A DNA stretch of 26,953 bases from a virus (Duplodnaviria > Caudoviricetes), in the IMG/VR virus record IMGVR_UViG_3300012200_000014, positions 1 through 26,953 of that record; one strand, 5' to 3'. Below the pieces are notes generated by a model. That model had not been told where the DNA came from. It was given only the letters and a program-made list of their open reading frames with translations, and made no database searches. Position 1 is the stretch's first letter. Each line of letters begins with the position of its first letter. Positions 9,607-19,172 of this stretch are shown in pieces. The position numbers were made by a program, and so were the translations under genes.

Positions 9607-10391
9607 GCACGCTCGACGCCGGCACCGCCTCAGCCGGGAACGTCGGCCCCGCCGACGAACGGCCGCTCACTCAGCAGGAATACCAGCTGCTGCAGCGGCT
9701 GCTCTCCGACCCCTTCTCGCTCCCGATCCAGTTCAAGACCTGGCTGATCTCCTTCCTCGAGACCTCCGACATGAACCTGCCGCTCTCGGCCGTCGCCGGT
9801 CTGACCGCGATGCTCGGGATCAGCGGCCTCGGCTCCGGCTCGCTGGGGATCCTGCCCGCCGGAATCATCCTCCCCTACGGCGCCGACAGCGCCCCGGCGG
9901 GGGCGCTGATGTGCGACGGAGCTTCCTACTCGCGCACCACTCAGAGCAGGCTCTGGAACGCGATCGGCTCTCGCTTCGGCACGCCGGATGCGAACACGTT
10001 CAACGTGCCCGATCTACGAGAGCGGATCCCGGTCGGCAAAGGCACCAAGAGCGGGGTCAGCCAGATCAGTCAGAACGAGGGCAGGCCGCTCGGGCAGCGC
10101 GGCCCAGTGCACGGGCACAGCAAGAACGGCACTGTCACCAAGACGGGCACGGTCAACCTGATCGACCCCACCCACCACCACGGCCTGAACGCGGCCGGGG
10201 GCACGACCGGGGTGACGGCGGGAGGAACTCCGGTGCCCGACCTGTCGGGAGTGAATACAGCCGAGTCGGCGACCGGGATCACGATTCAGGACACGATCGC
10301 CATCAGCGACACGATCAGCGTCGGCCCACAGTCGGGCGCGCCGATCGACACGCCCGCCTTTCTGGTCATCACCTTCATCATCATCGCCTGA
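9603..10391 (+). CDS. Tail fibre protein with a phage tail collar domain (262 aa)
   Basis: GTGA overlap at 9603. Collar signature PAGIILPYGADSAPAGALMCDGASYSR...LWNAIG...FNVPDLRERIPVG, a His-motif tip and a terminal ITFII. Confidence 0.8.
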   Translation: MSTLDAGTASAGNVGPADERPLTQQEYQLLQRLLSDPFSLPIQFKTWLISFLETSDMNLPLSAVAGLTAMLGISGLGSGSLGILPAGIILPYGADSAPAGALMCDGASYSRTTQSRLWNAIGSRFGTPDANTFNVPDLRERIPVGKGTKSGVSQISQNEGRPLGQRGPVHGHSKNGTVTKTGTVNLIDPTHHHGLNAAGGTTGVTAGGTPVPDLSGVNTAESATGITIQDTIAISDTISVGPQSGAPIDTPAFLVITFIIIA

Positions 10392-10401
10392 GGAGGCTTT
10401 C

Positions 10402-11517
10402 ATGCCGCTCACCAAGGTCAAGCCGCCGCAGGCGCGAGCTGGCTACGGCTACGCCCCCGGGTTTTTCTCGCCCAAGGTGCCGAAGGGCGTGCTCGTCGAC
10501 CCGGTCAACCGCGCCGTCCCCTCGAGGAACCAGCCCTACCTACAGGAGACCCCCGGCGCCGTGATCGGTCAGTCGACCGGCGACTACCGGCCGATCCCGA
10601 GCGTCTACCGGGGCAACCCGATCGTGCCGATCGGGCCCAACGTGACGACCATCCCGCCACCCGGCGGAGGCGGCGGCGCGGCCGGCACGACGGGCGCGAC
10701 CGGTGGCGTTCCGCCCCCCGGCTACGCAACCGACATTGAGTCCGACCCGGCCTGGATCACGGCGATGCGCGACTACAACGCGAGAGTCCAGCAGGGTTCG
10801 AATCTGCTGCGCGACCAGCTGCGCGCCTCGGTCAGGTCGTCCGGCTACATCCCCAACTTCAGCGAGCTCGACCTGACCGACCCCGACCTGCAGGGCTACG
10901 CGGCTGCGCTCGACGACACGACGATCCAGGCGGCGCAGGGCAACCAGATGTCGCAGAAGGCGCAGCTCGAGCGCGGCTACCGGCAGGGGCTGACGAACCT
11001 CGACTACGCGCTCGCCGCCCGCGGCAGCGGACTCGACGTGCACGGCGGCGCGAGCACGATCCGTACCGGCCTCGCCAGCGACCAGTTCAACACCGCCTCC
11101 TACCAGCAGGCGCAGGGACTGCTGGACGCGCTGCGCGGCAACATCGGCGGCTTCCTGACGACCCGCAGCGGCGCGCTCGACACGCTGCGCGGCGCGCAGA
11201 GCGCGGTCGCACAGCGGCTCGCCGCGATCCCGGGGCCGGTCTACCCCGCGGCGACAGCAGGCGCAGGCGCCGCCGGCGCGGCAGAGGCCGGGGTCACCGG
11301 CGGTTATCCCACCATCGATCGGGGCGTCTATCCGGGCGCGACGGCGCCGACGACGCCGGCAACGCAGGCGCCGGTGCAGTGGGGCGGGCAGTCGTTCACG
11401 ACCAGGGCGGCACTGACGCGCTACCTGAACCAGATCCGGGCTAAGAACCCACGCACCGCGATCACGGCGGCGCAGTTCGCCGCCCAGCATCCGCAGGCCT
11501 GGGCGAGGCTGACATGA
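10402..11517 (+). CDS. Putative internal virion (ejection) protein 1
   Basis: 371 aa, Gly/Ala/Gln-rich, with an AGGAGG RBS; follows the tail genes. Confidence 0.55.
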   Translation: MPLTKVKPPQARAGYGYAPGFFSPKVPKGVLVDPVNRAVPSRNQPYLQETPGAVIGQSTGDYRPIPSVYRGNPIVPIGPNVTTIPPPGGGGGAAGTTGATGGVPPPGYATDIESDPAWITAMRDYNARVQQGSNLLRDQLRASVRSSGYIPNFSELDLTDPDLQGYAAALDDTTIQAAQGNQMSQKAQLERGYRQGLTNLDYALAARGSGLDVHGGASTIRTGLASDQFNTASYQQAQGLLDALRGNIGGFLTTRSGALDTLRGAQSAVAQRLAAIPGPVYPAATAGAGAAGAAEAGVTGGYPTIDRGVYPGATAPTTPATQAPVQWGGQSFTTRAALTRYLNQIRAKNPRTAITAAQFAAQHPQAWARLT

Positions 11518-13073
11518 GTCCGCTCCTGACCCGCGCACAGTTCGCGAAGACCGACGCCGCCAAGAAGTCAGGTGCCTCCTGGAACGGCTACGTCCACTGG
11601 GTGACGAAGACCCACGCCGCCCGCGTTGCCGCCCGAGCGCGCAACCCGCTCGGCGCGCTGACGCAGCAGCTGACCGCTTCGATCCTGACGCCGGCGGAGC
11701 AGATCGCGCAGGCCAACAAGGCGGTTACCGGCCAGATCACGACTGCCGAGGCGGGGATGGACGCCGCCAGCAAAGCTCAGCAGCTCGCGACGCAGAACCA
11801 GGCGACGAGAGCTCAGGGCTATGCGACGGCGCTCGCCCACCTAACCGAGAACACCCCCGAGGCGGTCAAGGCGACCTACCAGGACGCCGCCGACCGGATG
11901 CGTCTCTACGGGACCGGGCTGACCGGCGCAGTCGAGGCCTCGCAGCAGGCGGCGGCGGGCGCAGCGGCGGAGCATCTCGCTGCTCAGGGCGCGCCCGCGA
12001 TGGGCGCGCCGACCTACGACCCGGCGAGCATGCGCAACACGCTGCAGATGGCCGGCGTCGTCGCCCCCGGGATGAGCCTCGAGGAGGAGGCGGCGAACGC
12101 CGCCACGCTCGCCCGCGGCCAGAACGTCGCCAACGTGATGCAGGTCGGCGGGATCGCCCAGCAGTACCTGCAGAAGACTCAGGACCTGAGGGATCAGCTA
12201 GCGCTGCAGAAGACGGCGCTCGAGAAGACGAGGCCGGGGCTGTACCAGACGGCGATCGGCGCGCTCCGCGGCGAGGCGGCGAAGACGCAGATGTCGCTGC
12301 TCGACCAACAGCGCCAGCAGCGCGCCCTCGACGTGCAGGTCGGGACGCTGCAGCTGCAGCAGGCCAAGACCCTCGCCGACCAGGCCGTCGCCTGGACGAA
12401 CCTGACCGGCAGCGTCTTCACCGTCGCCGGCCAGGGCGCGAAGGCGCACCTCGTCAACACCCACGTCCCCGCCCCCGGCTCCGACGCTGCCCAGATCGCA
12501 CAGACCGCCGCGACCGCAGCGGCGGGGCAGACGGCGATGAACATACGGGCAGCGGCCGACCGCAAGGTGCGGATCGAGATTGCGAACGCGGCGAACGCGG
12601 CCAGGGTGACGGCCGCGCAGACGACGGCGACGGCGAAGGTCACAGCGGCCGGAGTTGCAGCGGCGGCGACCAAGGCTGCAGCTCGGATCAAGGCGCAGGC
12701 AGCGAGAGATCCGAACAAGCCAGCGTCGCTGAAGGATCGCAGGGCCATCCTCAGCGGCACCAACACGCAGGGCAACGATCTCGTGAAGACGTCGCTCAAC
12801 CGGATCTGGTCGCTGGTGCCGCGGAGCGAGCCACAGCAGAAGGGCGAGGATCTGGCGACGTACCAGGCGCGCCATCAGCAGGCCATCAACATCTTCCAGG
12901 CCCGCCAGCAGGAGCATCGCGCCGCGATTGTCGCCCGCGTCAACCACCTGATCACACCGCAGCTGCAGCTGCTCAAGTACGGCCCCGACCAGATCGCCGG
13001 CATGGCCGACGCGATCGTCTCCGCCTACATCCCGAAGAGAGGCAGGTCCACCTGGGTGGGCTTGCTGCACTAG
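11514..13073 (+). CDS. Putative internal virion (ejection) protein 2
   Basis: 519 aa, Ala/Gln-rich and helical; ATGA overlap with the upstream gene. Confidence 0.55.
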   Translation: MSPLLTRAQFAKTDAAKKSGASWNGYVHWVTKTHAARVAARARNPLGALTQQLTASILTPAEQIAQANKAVTGQITTAEAGMDAASKAQQLATQNQATRAQGYATALAHLTENTPEAVKATYQDAADRMRLYGTGLTGAVEASQQAAAGAAAEHLAAQGAPAMGAPTYDPASMRNTLQMAGVVAPGMSLEEEAANAATLARGQNVANVMQVGGIAQQYLQKTQDLRDQLALQKTALEKTRPGLYQTAIGALRGEAAKTQMSLLDQQRQQRALDVQVGTLQLQQAKTLADQAVAWTNLTGSVFTVAGQGAKAHLVNTHVPAPGSDAAQIAQTAATAAAGQTAMNIRAAADRKVRIEIANAANAARVTAAQTTATAKVTAAGVAAAATKAAARIKAQAARDPNKPASLKDRRAILSGTNTQGNDLVKTSLNRIWSLVPRSEPQQKGEDLATYQARHQQAINIFQARQQEHRAAIVARVNHLITPQLQLLKYGPDQIAGMADAIVSAYIPKRGRSTWVGLLH

Positions 13074-13076
13074 CCG

Positions 13077-16000
13077 ATGGCACGCCACGAGACACTGGCG
13101 CATGCGAAGGCCCGCATGCGCAGAGAGGGCTGGTCCGAGGCAGCAATTCGGGGCCAGGCCAACCGCTGGCGCACCCAGCGTCTCGGCGTGCCCAAGCCCG
13201 TTGTCTCCCTTCCTGTCGCGACGGTGCCGCGGCCGACAGTCAAGGTCCCGAGTCCGCACGCGGACACCGGCTTCCGCGCCGTCTCCATTCCGAGGCCGAC
13301 GGGCGACCCGCACGTCCGCAGCGTGCAGCGGCGGCTGAACGCGGCCGGCTACAACGTCGACGTCGACGGCGTGCTGGGCCCGCAGACGAGAGCTGCGATC
13401 AGCCGTCACAACAAGGAACTCCCCGGCCGGCAGGCGGCGGCGAACCAGGCTTTCGCGAACACGGTGCGCACCCAGTACACCGAGCCGGTCCCGAAGGTCG
13501 ACTCGCCGCACCGGAGGAGAATCGCAGCCAGGGGTCTGCCCGTGCCTAGGAGCAGCGGTGGCTCGGCGCTCGGCAAGTACGAGCCGCACGACCCGTACGC
13601 GCTCGGGAACATCCCGGGGCTACGGCCGCGCCGTCAGTTTGCTCCCACGCCCGACCTGCGCACCCCCTTCGACAAGCAGGTCGGGAACATCGTCGGCTCG
13701 ATCATCTCCGACCCACTCGGCGCGCTCGCGTTCGGCAAGGCCGGCGTCCATTTCGTCAAGCACCCGTCGATCGGCGCCGGCACCGCCGCCGCCGCCGCCG
13801 GGCTCGGTGTCGTCCCGGTGCTGCGCGGGCCGCGGGCGGCAGCGGCGATGTTCACCGCACTGCGTGACGGAGCGGCGCTCCGCGAGGCGGCGCAGGCCGG
13901 CGCCAGATCGTTCGGCGAGCGGGGCCCGATCGCAACGGCACGCGAGACGCTGAAGCTGAAGCGGATGAAGGCCGACGTGATGCCGGTGCTAAAGAACGAC
14001 CCGGTCAGGCGGGTGATCTTCCAGGAGATCGACGCCGCCGGTCTCGAGCCTGGGCGCGCCAAGCAGCTGAAGAGCGACCTCGACGCCGCCGCCGCCGAGC
14101 ACGCTGACACGCTCGCCCGCGGGGTCAAGGGTGGGACACTCGCGAACCGGCGGGCGATCCACGCTCCCGCCTACTTCCACGACATGCACTCGACGGCGGC
14201 GAAGCTGCACGGCTCGATCCCCGACTTCATCCACCAGATCTCGAAAGAGGAAGCCGACGCGCATCTGCGGTCCTTCCTCGACCCGAAGAACATCGCCAAA
14301 GGCCACGCTCAGAACCCCGCTCGGGCCTCGACACACCCCGATCTGGGCGCGCTCGTCGCGACGGGGAGGATCACCCCAGAGCAGTGGTGGGCGCGCACCC
14401 AGCACGCCTTCAACTACAACCAGGCGGACGGCCTGAAGGCTGCCTACTGGTACCGCCAGCTCGGGCCGATCTTCTACCACTTCTTCGGCGACGACGCGCC
14501 GGCGATCCTCAGAGGCTTCGCCGTCTCGCAGGCCAACGCCTCCCCCTCCGGAGGCCTGCAGGCGGTGCTCGAGGTCAGAGACCTGCTCCTGCGCGGCCAG
14601 CCGGTCCCGGAGGACAAGATCTCGACGGTCGTCAAGTCGATCGAAGCGGCCTACCAGGGACAGCCGGTGACCGCGGGGATGGCGGCGAAGCTGCACGACT
14701 TCGCCAACAGCCTGGAAGGCAAGTCGACGAGAACCTGGACGGGCGATGACATCCGCGGCGGCGCCCCGACGGCGATCGACATCCACGCCCAGCGCGACCT
14801 GGGCCGGATCGACCCGAAGATCCTCGCCACCCTGCGCGATCGGCACGGCCTTCCCGTCGCGCACCTACAACTCGAGGCCTTGAACCGCGAGCTGAAGCGG
14901 CTGCAGGGGACCGACGTGATCGAGCTCAACAGCAGGACGAAGATCCGCAAGGGCGCCGAGGGGTTCGAGGAGGCCAAGGCGAACGTGCTGCGGAGGCAGC
15001 GGGGGCGGATTAGGTCGTTCAAAAAGGCGAACGGGGATGAGATCAAGGCCGGGCGCAAGTCGGGGCTGAAGCTCGACAACCCCGGCGCGGCAGCGAGCGG
15101 GATCAACTACGACCAGCCGCTGCGCGAGTACGCCGCGATCACCAGGTACCTGAACGACAACAAGGCCTGGGGCAAGACCTGGGGGACGAACGAGTGGACG
15201 CCGGCCGAGGTACAGGCGCTCGGCTGGTCAGGGATCCAGCGCTTCCACGGCGAGGTGCCGGAAGACGCACTGGCTGCGATCGAGCGCAACACCCACCACA
15301 TCTCGCTCGAGGTTCTGAGCGGCGCCAACGACTTCGCCAAGGCGCCCGCAAGCTACCGAGCGGCGCTAGGCCTGACCAAGCGCGAGCAGGCGAACGTGCT
15401 CCGGATCATCGGCGAGGAGAACGGGATCCTGCGCGCCGTCGACTACGGGCCGGGGATCTACCAGAACGTGTTCACGCCGTCGATGAACCTGCAGATCCTC
15501 GGCTCACCGAACCAGGTCGACAGGATTGCGGCGCGGCTCGCCCGCGAGTACCAGCAGTGGGAGGTCTGGGCGACACGGCCCGGTCTGCAGAGCAGCGTCA
15601 AGGGCAGGAAGAGCAAGTTCGCGATCGAGCTCGAGGCGCCGCAGTTCGCGAAGGTCTCGGAGATCAGGAGGTACTGGGCCGACCTGCAGGCGCACGCGAC
15701 CCCGAAGCAGCTCAAGCAGCTGACGGGGGCGACGACCTACAGCTACAAGAACGAGGCCGGCGAGACGGTCTACGGGCTGCGGATCGTCACCGGGCACGCC
15801 TCCGGGAAGGAAGAGAAGATCAAAGACTTCCTGCGCAGGAACTACGGGGAGCTGCTCGAGGGGGTCAACAAACGCAGCGGCTACCATGTCAAGGTCGATC
15901 CCAACAACGTCGAGGTCAGAATCCATGAAGGACAGCCAGCAGGAACCGCAGAAGCCGGAAGGGTCTACGACCTGGGGGGACATGAAGCCCCCGGACCACC

Positions 16001-19000
16001 CGGCGAACCGGCCGTCCATCCATATTCGGCCGAAGCCGCCGGCGCCCTCGGGCCCGCCCGCCCAGCAGTAAGCGCGGCCGTTCCGGGACTCGACGTCCCG
16101 CACCCCGGCGACGCCTTCCCGCTCCGCGACGAGTACGGCAACGTCGTCCCCTCGGCACGCTTCGTCTCCGGCGCGGAAGAACCCTTCACCTTCCCCGCCC
16201 ACTGGACGGACACCGGCGCCGGCCCGGGCCTGGGCGAGGTCTACGACGATGCCCGCAGCTGGCTCGCCGACGTCGCCTGGTCGAACATGGAGCCGGAGCA
16301 GATGCAGGCGCTGCCGGACGCGGTCGTCGCGAACGCGATCGACAAGTACTACGACGGCGGCATGGAGCAGTTCATCAGCGACTCGCTCTACGTCGATCCG
16401 CTCGCCCCCGCCGCCGAGAACATCAAGAACGTCCCGGAGGTCTTCCGGCTCGAACGGCCGCTCTACGACAACGGCTCCACCCTCGCCGACAGGCATCTGA
16501 CGGAGGAGGCGAGAGCCTGGCAGAACAAGCTGCGCGACGAGTTCGGCAACCCCGTCCCGTCGGCGCGCTTCGCCACCGGCGCCGCCGAGATCCCCCCGAC
16601 AGAGATCAACCCGGCCGTGCGGGCGGCGCTCGACGACCCCTACGTGGCGCGAGAGATGAGCATCGGCGGGCTGACCGCCCAGTTCCTGAAGCCGCGCTCC
16701 GGGCTCTCCCGCTTCGGCGTGCACTGGATCGACGAGGCCTCGAAGGCGCTCGACCGCTCGCCGCTCGTCCACTCGCTGCCCGGCGTTCGCCACGTCACCT
16801 CGTCGGAGCGGGTGATGAAGGCGGCGGGTCGCGAGCAGCGAGCTGCCCAGGAGGAGCGGCTTTCGAGGATGGCCGGCGCGATCCGCACAATCGGGAACCT
16901 GAAGGAGGGATCGGCGGAAGACGTCGCGCACTTCTGGTATGCCCAGCTACCGAAGAGCCACCGCAACGCCGAAGGCCTGCAGGCCGTCATGGATCTGCAG
17001 ACCGGCCACCTGAGGGAACTGCTCGACGGCACCATCGACGCCCGCCTCGACGCTCGCGAGACCGAACTCAAGGAGACCGCGAAGCTCGCCGAGACGAAGG
17101 GCGAGGTGATGGAGATCTACGACGAGCTCGGTCGGCTCAACCTCTACCGCCAAGACCTGCCCTTCCAGAAGGAGGATGTCAGCGCCTCGATCGCGGTCAT
17201 GAAAGATCTCGTCGCGAACGCACCCGAGGTCGACGACAAGGTGATCGGCGCGATGCGCAAGCTGGCCGAAGACCGCAAGCGGATCATGGTTGAGGGCGGC
17301 AGGCTCGAGGAGGGACGCGCCGCCGGCCGCGAAGGCCTGCTCGCCCGCCAGCTCGGGCTGGAGGAGGACGGCAGCGAGGTCTACGTCGGGCACCGGCTCG
17401 CCGAGCCCGACCCGCAGGGCGCCTATACGCCACCGTCGGGAGGGACGGGCCGGCCACGCTCGCCGAAGGGCGCCGGCAGCCGCAACCAGCTGATCCTCGC
17501 TCGCAACGGCAGGCTGCGCGCCACCACCCGCGTCAACTACGAGGACTGGAGCTCGAGCCAGGTCTTCCAGCAGGCGATCATCGACCGCACCAACCTCGGC
17601 CAGACCGGGCCGCGCTGGACGGGCGGCGCGGTCCCGGCGGACAGCCTGCTCGTGAACATGAAGGGCGAGGTGATCCCGAAGCACTGGCGCTCGGACGAGC
17701 TGGCGCAGTTCACCGACGACGCCGTCGAGCGGGAGGAGATCCGCAAGAAGGCCGACGACATCGTCAAGGGGTTCATCGCCCAGACCCATGACGAGCAGGT
17801 GGCGATGATCGCGAAGGTCAGGCAGATGTCGATCGAGGCGGGCAAGCCGGTCGGCGACATCCGGGTCGTCAAGCGCGCCCACGTCGACCGCTACTACAAG
17901 CAGTTCCGCCCGCCGGGCGCCCGCGGCGAGGCGCTGAAGACCTACGACCACATCATCGACGGGGTCTCGACCTCGATCATCTTCGCCCGCATCGGCTACA
18001 TCCCGAAGAACGCCGTCCAGAACCTGATCATGGCGGCGCCGCACCAGGGCGTCTTCCTGCCCCAGAACCTGGTGCGCGCAGCGCAGGTCCTGAACGACGC
18101 GCAGTTCAGGGACATGAAGGAGCTCAAGGATCTACTCAAGGGACAGGTCTCCTCGTCGGGGGGGACGGCCGCGATGGGCAAGGAGATGGTCGCGGGCAAG
18201 GTGCACCGGGTCGTGACGGGGACGGTGACGGCGTTCGCGGACGACCCCGGCCGGATCGCCGCCTTCCTGCACGAGGCGGCGAACGAAGGAGTGATCCCGC
18301 GCTACGGCGTCCTGCTCAGCACGAAAGACAAGCGCGCCCTGATCGACTTCCTGACGAACCCGCGCCACGAGAGGCAGCGCTTCGATGTCAGACGGCGGGC
18401 CGTCGAGGCGATGGGCGACTTCACGCGCATGACCCCCTCACAGGCCCGCTGGGCAAGGCGCTACTTCATCATCCCCGGCTGGCTCGTCGCCGGCTCCCGC
18501 TACCCGTTCCACTTCGCCGCCACCCACCCGATCCGCACGGCGCTGATCGCCTACGCGCTCGCCGGCGAACCGGGCGCGCCCAAGGAGCTGCAGTTCAACC
18601 AGCCGGTCACGCAGTACCTGCACGGCGACAAGTACATGATCGGCTTCGACACCCGCTGGGGCAGGCTGCGGGTCGCGTCGCTGAACCCGATCTCGACACC
18701 GGAGGAGTTGGCGCTCGCCGCCGCCGGGTCCTTCAGCGGAAAGAAGAACGCCTACGACTACCAGACGCCGACGATGTTCGACGTCGCGAACCCGCTCGGC
18801 GCAGCGATCCTGAAAGTGGCCCGGGGCGAGGCCAACCTGCGCACCTACAAGGGCTGGGAGAAGGCGGTGATCGCGCCGCTCGTCCCGAACTACTCGCTGA
18901 TCAGAGACCTGATCACTAAGCAAGCGCACTCGCCGCACTACCCCGATGACAACACCTGGTGGCGGCGGCTCGAGCGCGAGCTCGGGATCCTCCCGATACG

Positions 19001-19172
19001 CGTCATCGATCAGCCAGTGAGGGGTGGGACAGCAGGCCCGCTGTACGGCGGCGGCGGATCGAACCTCGCACCTGGCCTCGGCGGCGGCAGCGGCGGGGCT
19101 CCGGGGGTCGGCAGTAGCAGCGGCAGCTTCCCCGGCGGCGGCGGTGGTGGTGGCTCGGCTCCAGGGCTATGA
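13077..19172 (+). CDS. Large multidomain virion/ejection (polyvalent-type) protein, 2031 aa
   Basis: Has a PG_binding_1-like motif (VRSVQRRLNAAGYNVDVDGVLGPQTRAAI), a central HhH-glycosylase-like motif set, a helical C-terminal region and a Gly-rich tail. Confidence 0.75.
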   Translation: MARHETLAHAKARMRREGWSEAAIRGQANRWRTQRLGVPKPVVSLPVATVPRPTVKVPSPHADTGFRAVSIPRPTGDPHVRSVQRRLNAAGYNVDVDGVLGPQTRAAISRHNKELPGRQAAANQAFANTVRTQYTEPVPKVDSPHRRRIAARGLPVPRSSGGSALGKYEPHDPYALGNIPGLRPRRQFAPTPDLRTPFDKQVGNIVGSIISDPLGALAFGKAGVHFVKHPSIGAGTAAAAAGLGVVPVLRGPRAAAAMFTALRDGAALREAAQAGARSFGERGPIATARETLKLKRMKADVMPVLKNDPVRRVIFQEIDAAGLEPGRAKQLKSDLDAAAAEHADTLARGVKGGTLANRRAIHAPAYFHDMHSTAAKLHGSIPDFIHQISKEEADAHLRSFLDPKNIAKGHAQNPARASTHPDLGALVATGRITPEQWWARTQHAFNYNQADGLKAAYWYRQLGPIFYHFFGDDAPAILRGFAVSQANASPSGGLQAVLEVRDLLLRGQPVPEDKISTVVKSIEAAYQGQPVTAGMAAKLHDFANSLEGKSTRTWTGDDIRGGAPTAIDIHAQRDLGRIDPKILATLRDRHGLPVAHLQLEALNRELKRLQGTDVIELNSRTKIRKGAEGFEEAKANVLRRQRGRIRSFKKANGDEIKAGRKSGLKLDNPGAAASGINYDQPLREYAAITRYLNDNKAWGKTWGTNEWTPAEVQALGWSGIQRFHGEVPEDALAAIERNTHHISLEVLSGANDFAKAPASYRAALGLTKREQANVLRIIGEENGILRAVDYGPGIYQNVFTPSMNLQILGSPNQVDRIAARLAREYQQWEVWATRPGLQSSVKGRKSKFAIELEAPQFAKVSEIRRYWADLQAHATPKQLKQLTGATTYSYKNEAGETVYGLRIVTGHASGKEEKIKDFLRRNYGELLEGVNKRSGYHVKVDPNNVEVRIHEGQPAGTAEAGRVYDLGGHEAPGPPGEPAVHPYSAEAAGALGPARPAVSAAVPGLDVPHPGDAFPLRDEYGNVVPSARFVSGAEEPFTFPAHWTDTGAGPGLGEVYDDARSWLADVAWSNMEPEQMQALPDAVVANAIDKYYDGGMEQFISDSLYVDPLAPAAENIKNVPEVFRLERPLYDNGSTLADRHLTEEARAWQNKLRDEFGNPVPSARFATGAAEIPPTEINPAVRAALDDPYVAREMSIGGLTAQFLKPRSGLSRFGVHWIDEASKALDRSPLVHSLPGVRHVTSSERVMKAAGREQRAAQEERLSRMAGAIRTIGNLKEGSAEDVAHFWYAQLPKSHRNAEGLQAVMDLQTGHLRELLDGTIDARLDARETELKETAKLAETKGEVMEIYDELGRLNLYRQDLPFQKEDVSASIAVMKDLVANAPEVDDKVIGAMRKLAEDRKRIMVEGGRLEEGRAAGREGLLARQLGLEEDGSEVYVGHRLAEPDPQGAYTPPSGGTGRPRSPKGAGSRNQLILARNGRLRATTRVNYEDWSSSQVFQQAIIDRTNLGQTGPRWTGGAVPADSLLVNMKGEVIPKHWRSDELAQFTDDAVEREEIRKKADDIVKGFIAQTHDEQVAMIAKVRQMSIEAGKPVGDIRVVKRAHVDRYYKQFRPPGARGEALKTYDHIIDGVSTSIIFARIGYIPKNAVQNLIMAAPHQGVFLPQNLVRAAQVLNDAQFRDMKELKDLLKGQVSSSGGTAAMGKEMVAGKVHRVVTGTVTAFADDPGRIAAFLHEAANEGVIPRYGVLLSTKDKRALIDFLTNPRHERQRFDVRRRAVEAMGDFTRMTPSQARWARRYFIIPGWLVAGSRYPFHFAATHPIRTALIAYALAGEPGAPKELQFNQPVTQYLHGDKYMIGFDTRWGRLRVASLNPISTPEELALAAAGSFSGKKNAYDYQTPTMFDVANPLGAAILKVARGEANLRTYKGWEKAVIAPLVPNYSLIRDLITKQAHSPHYPDDNTWWRRLERELGILPIRVIDQPVRGGTAGPLYGGGGSNLAPGLGGGSGGAPGVGSSSGSFPGGGGGGGSAPGL
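15925..16071 (+). CDS. Candidate nested (+1 frame) 48-aa gene inside the 2031-aa gene
   Basis: GAGG at 15912-15915 precedes the ATG. By hand count 43/48 codons end in G/C in this frame versus 27/48 in the host frame. Confidence 0.5.
   Translation: MKDSQQEPQKPEGSTTWGDMKPPDHPANRPSIHIRPKPPAPSGPPAQQ

Noticed and set aside
763-18938. Long antisense and alternate-frame ORFs across the virion operon (e.g. 1796..3223-, 8089..9336-, 15504..16931-)
   Set aside because: These are shadow ORFs expected opposite high-GC3 genes, with no motifs or RBS.
11514-19172. Tape measure protein call for the Ala-rich or 2031-aa ORFs
   Set aside because: There is no tail tube or frameshifting chaperone pair upstream. 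Gene order and domain content fit ejection proteins.
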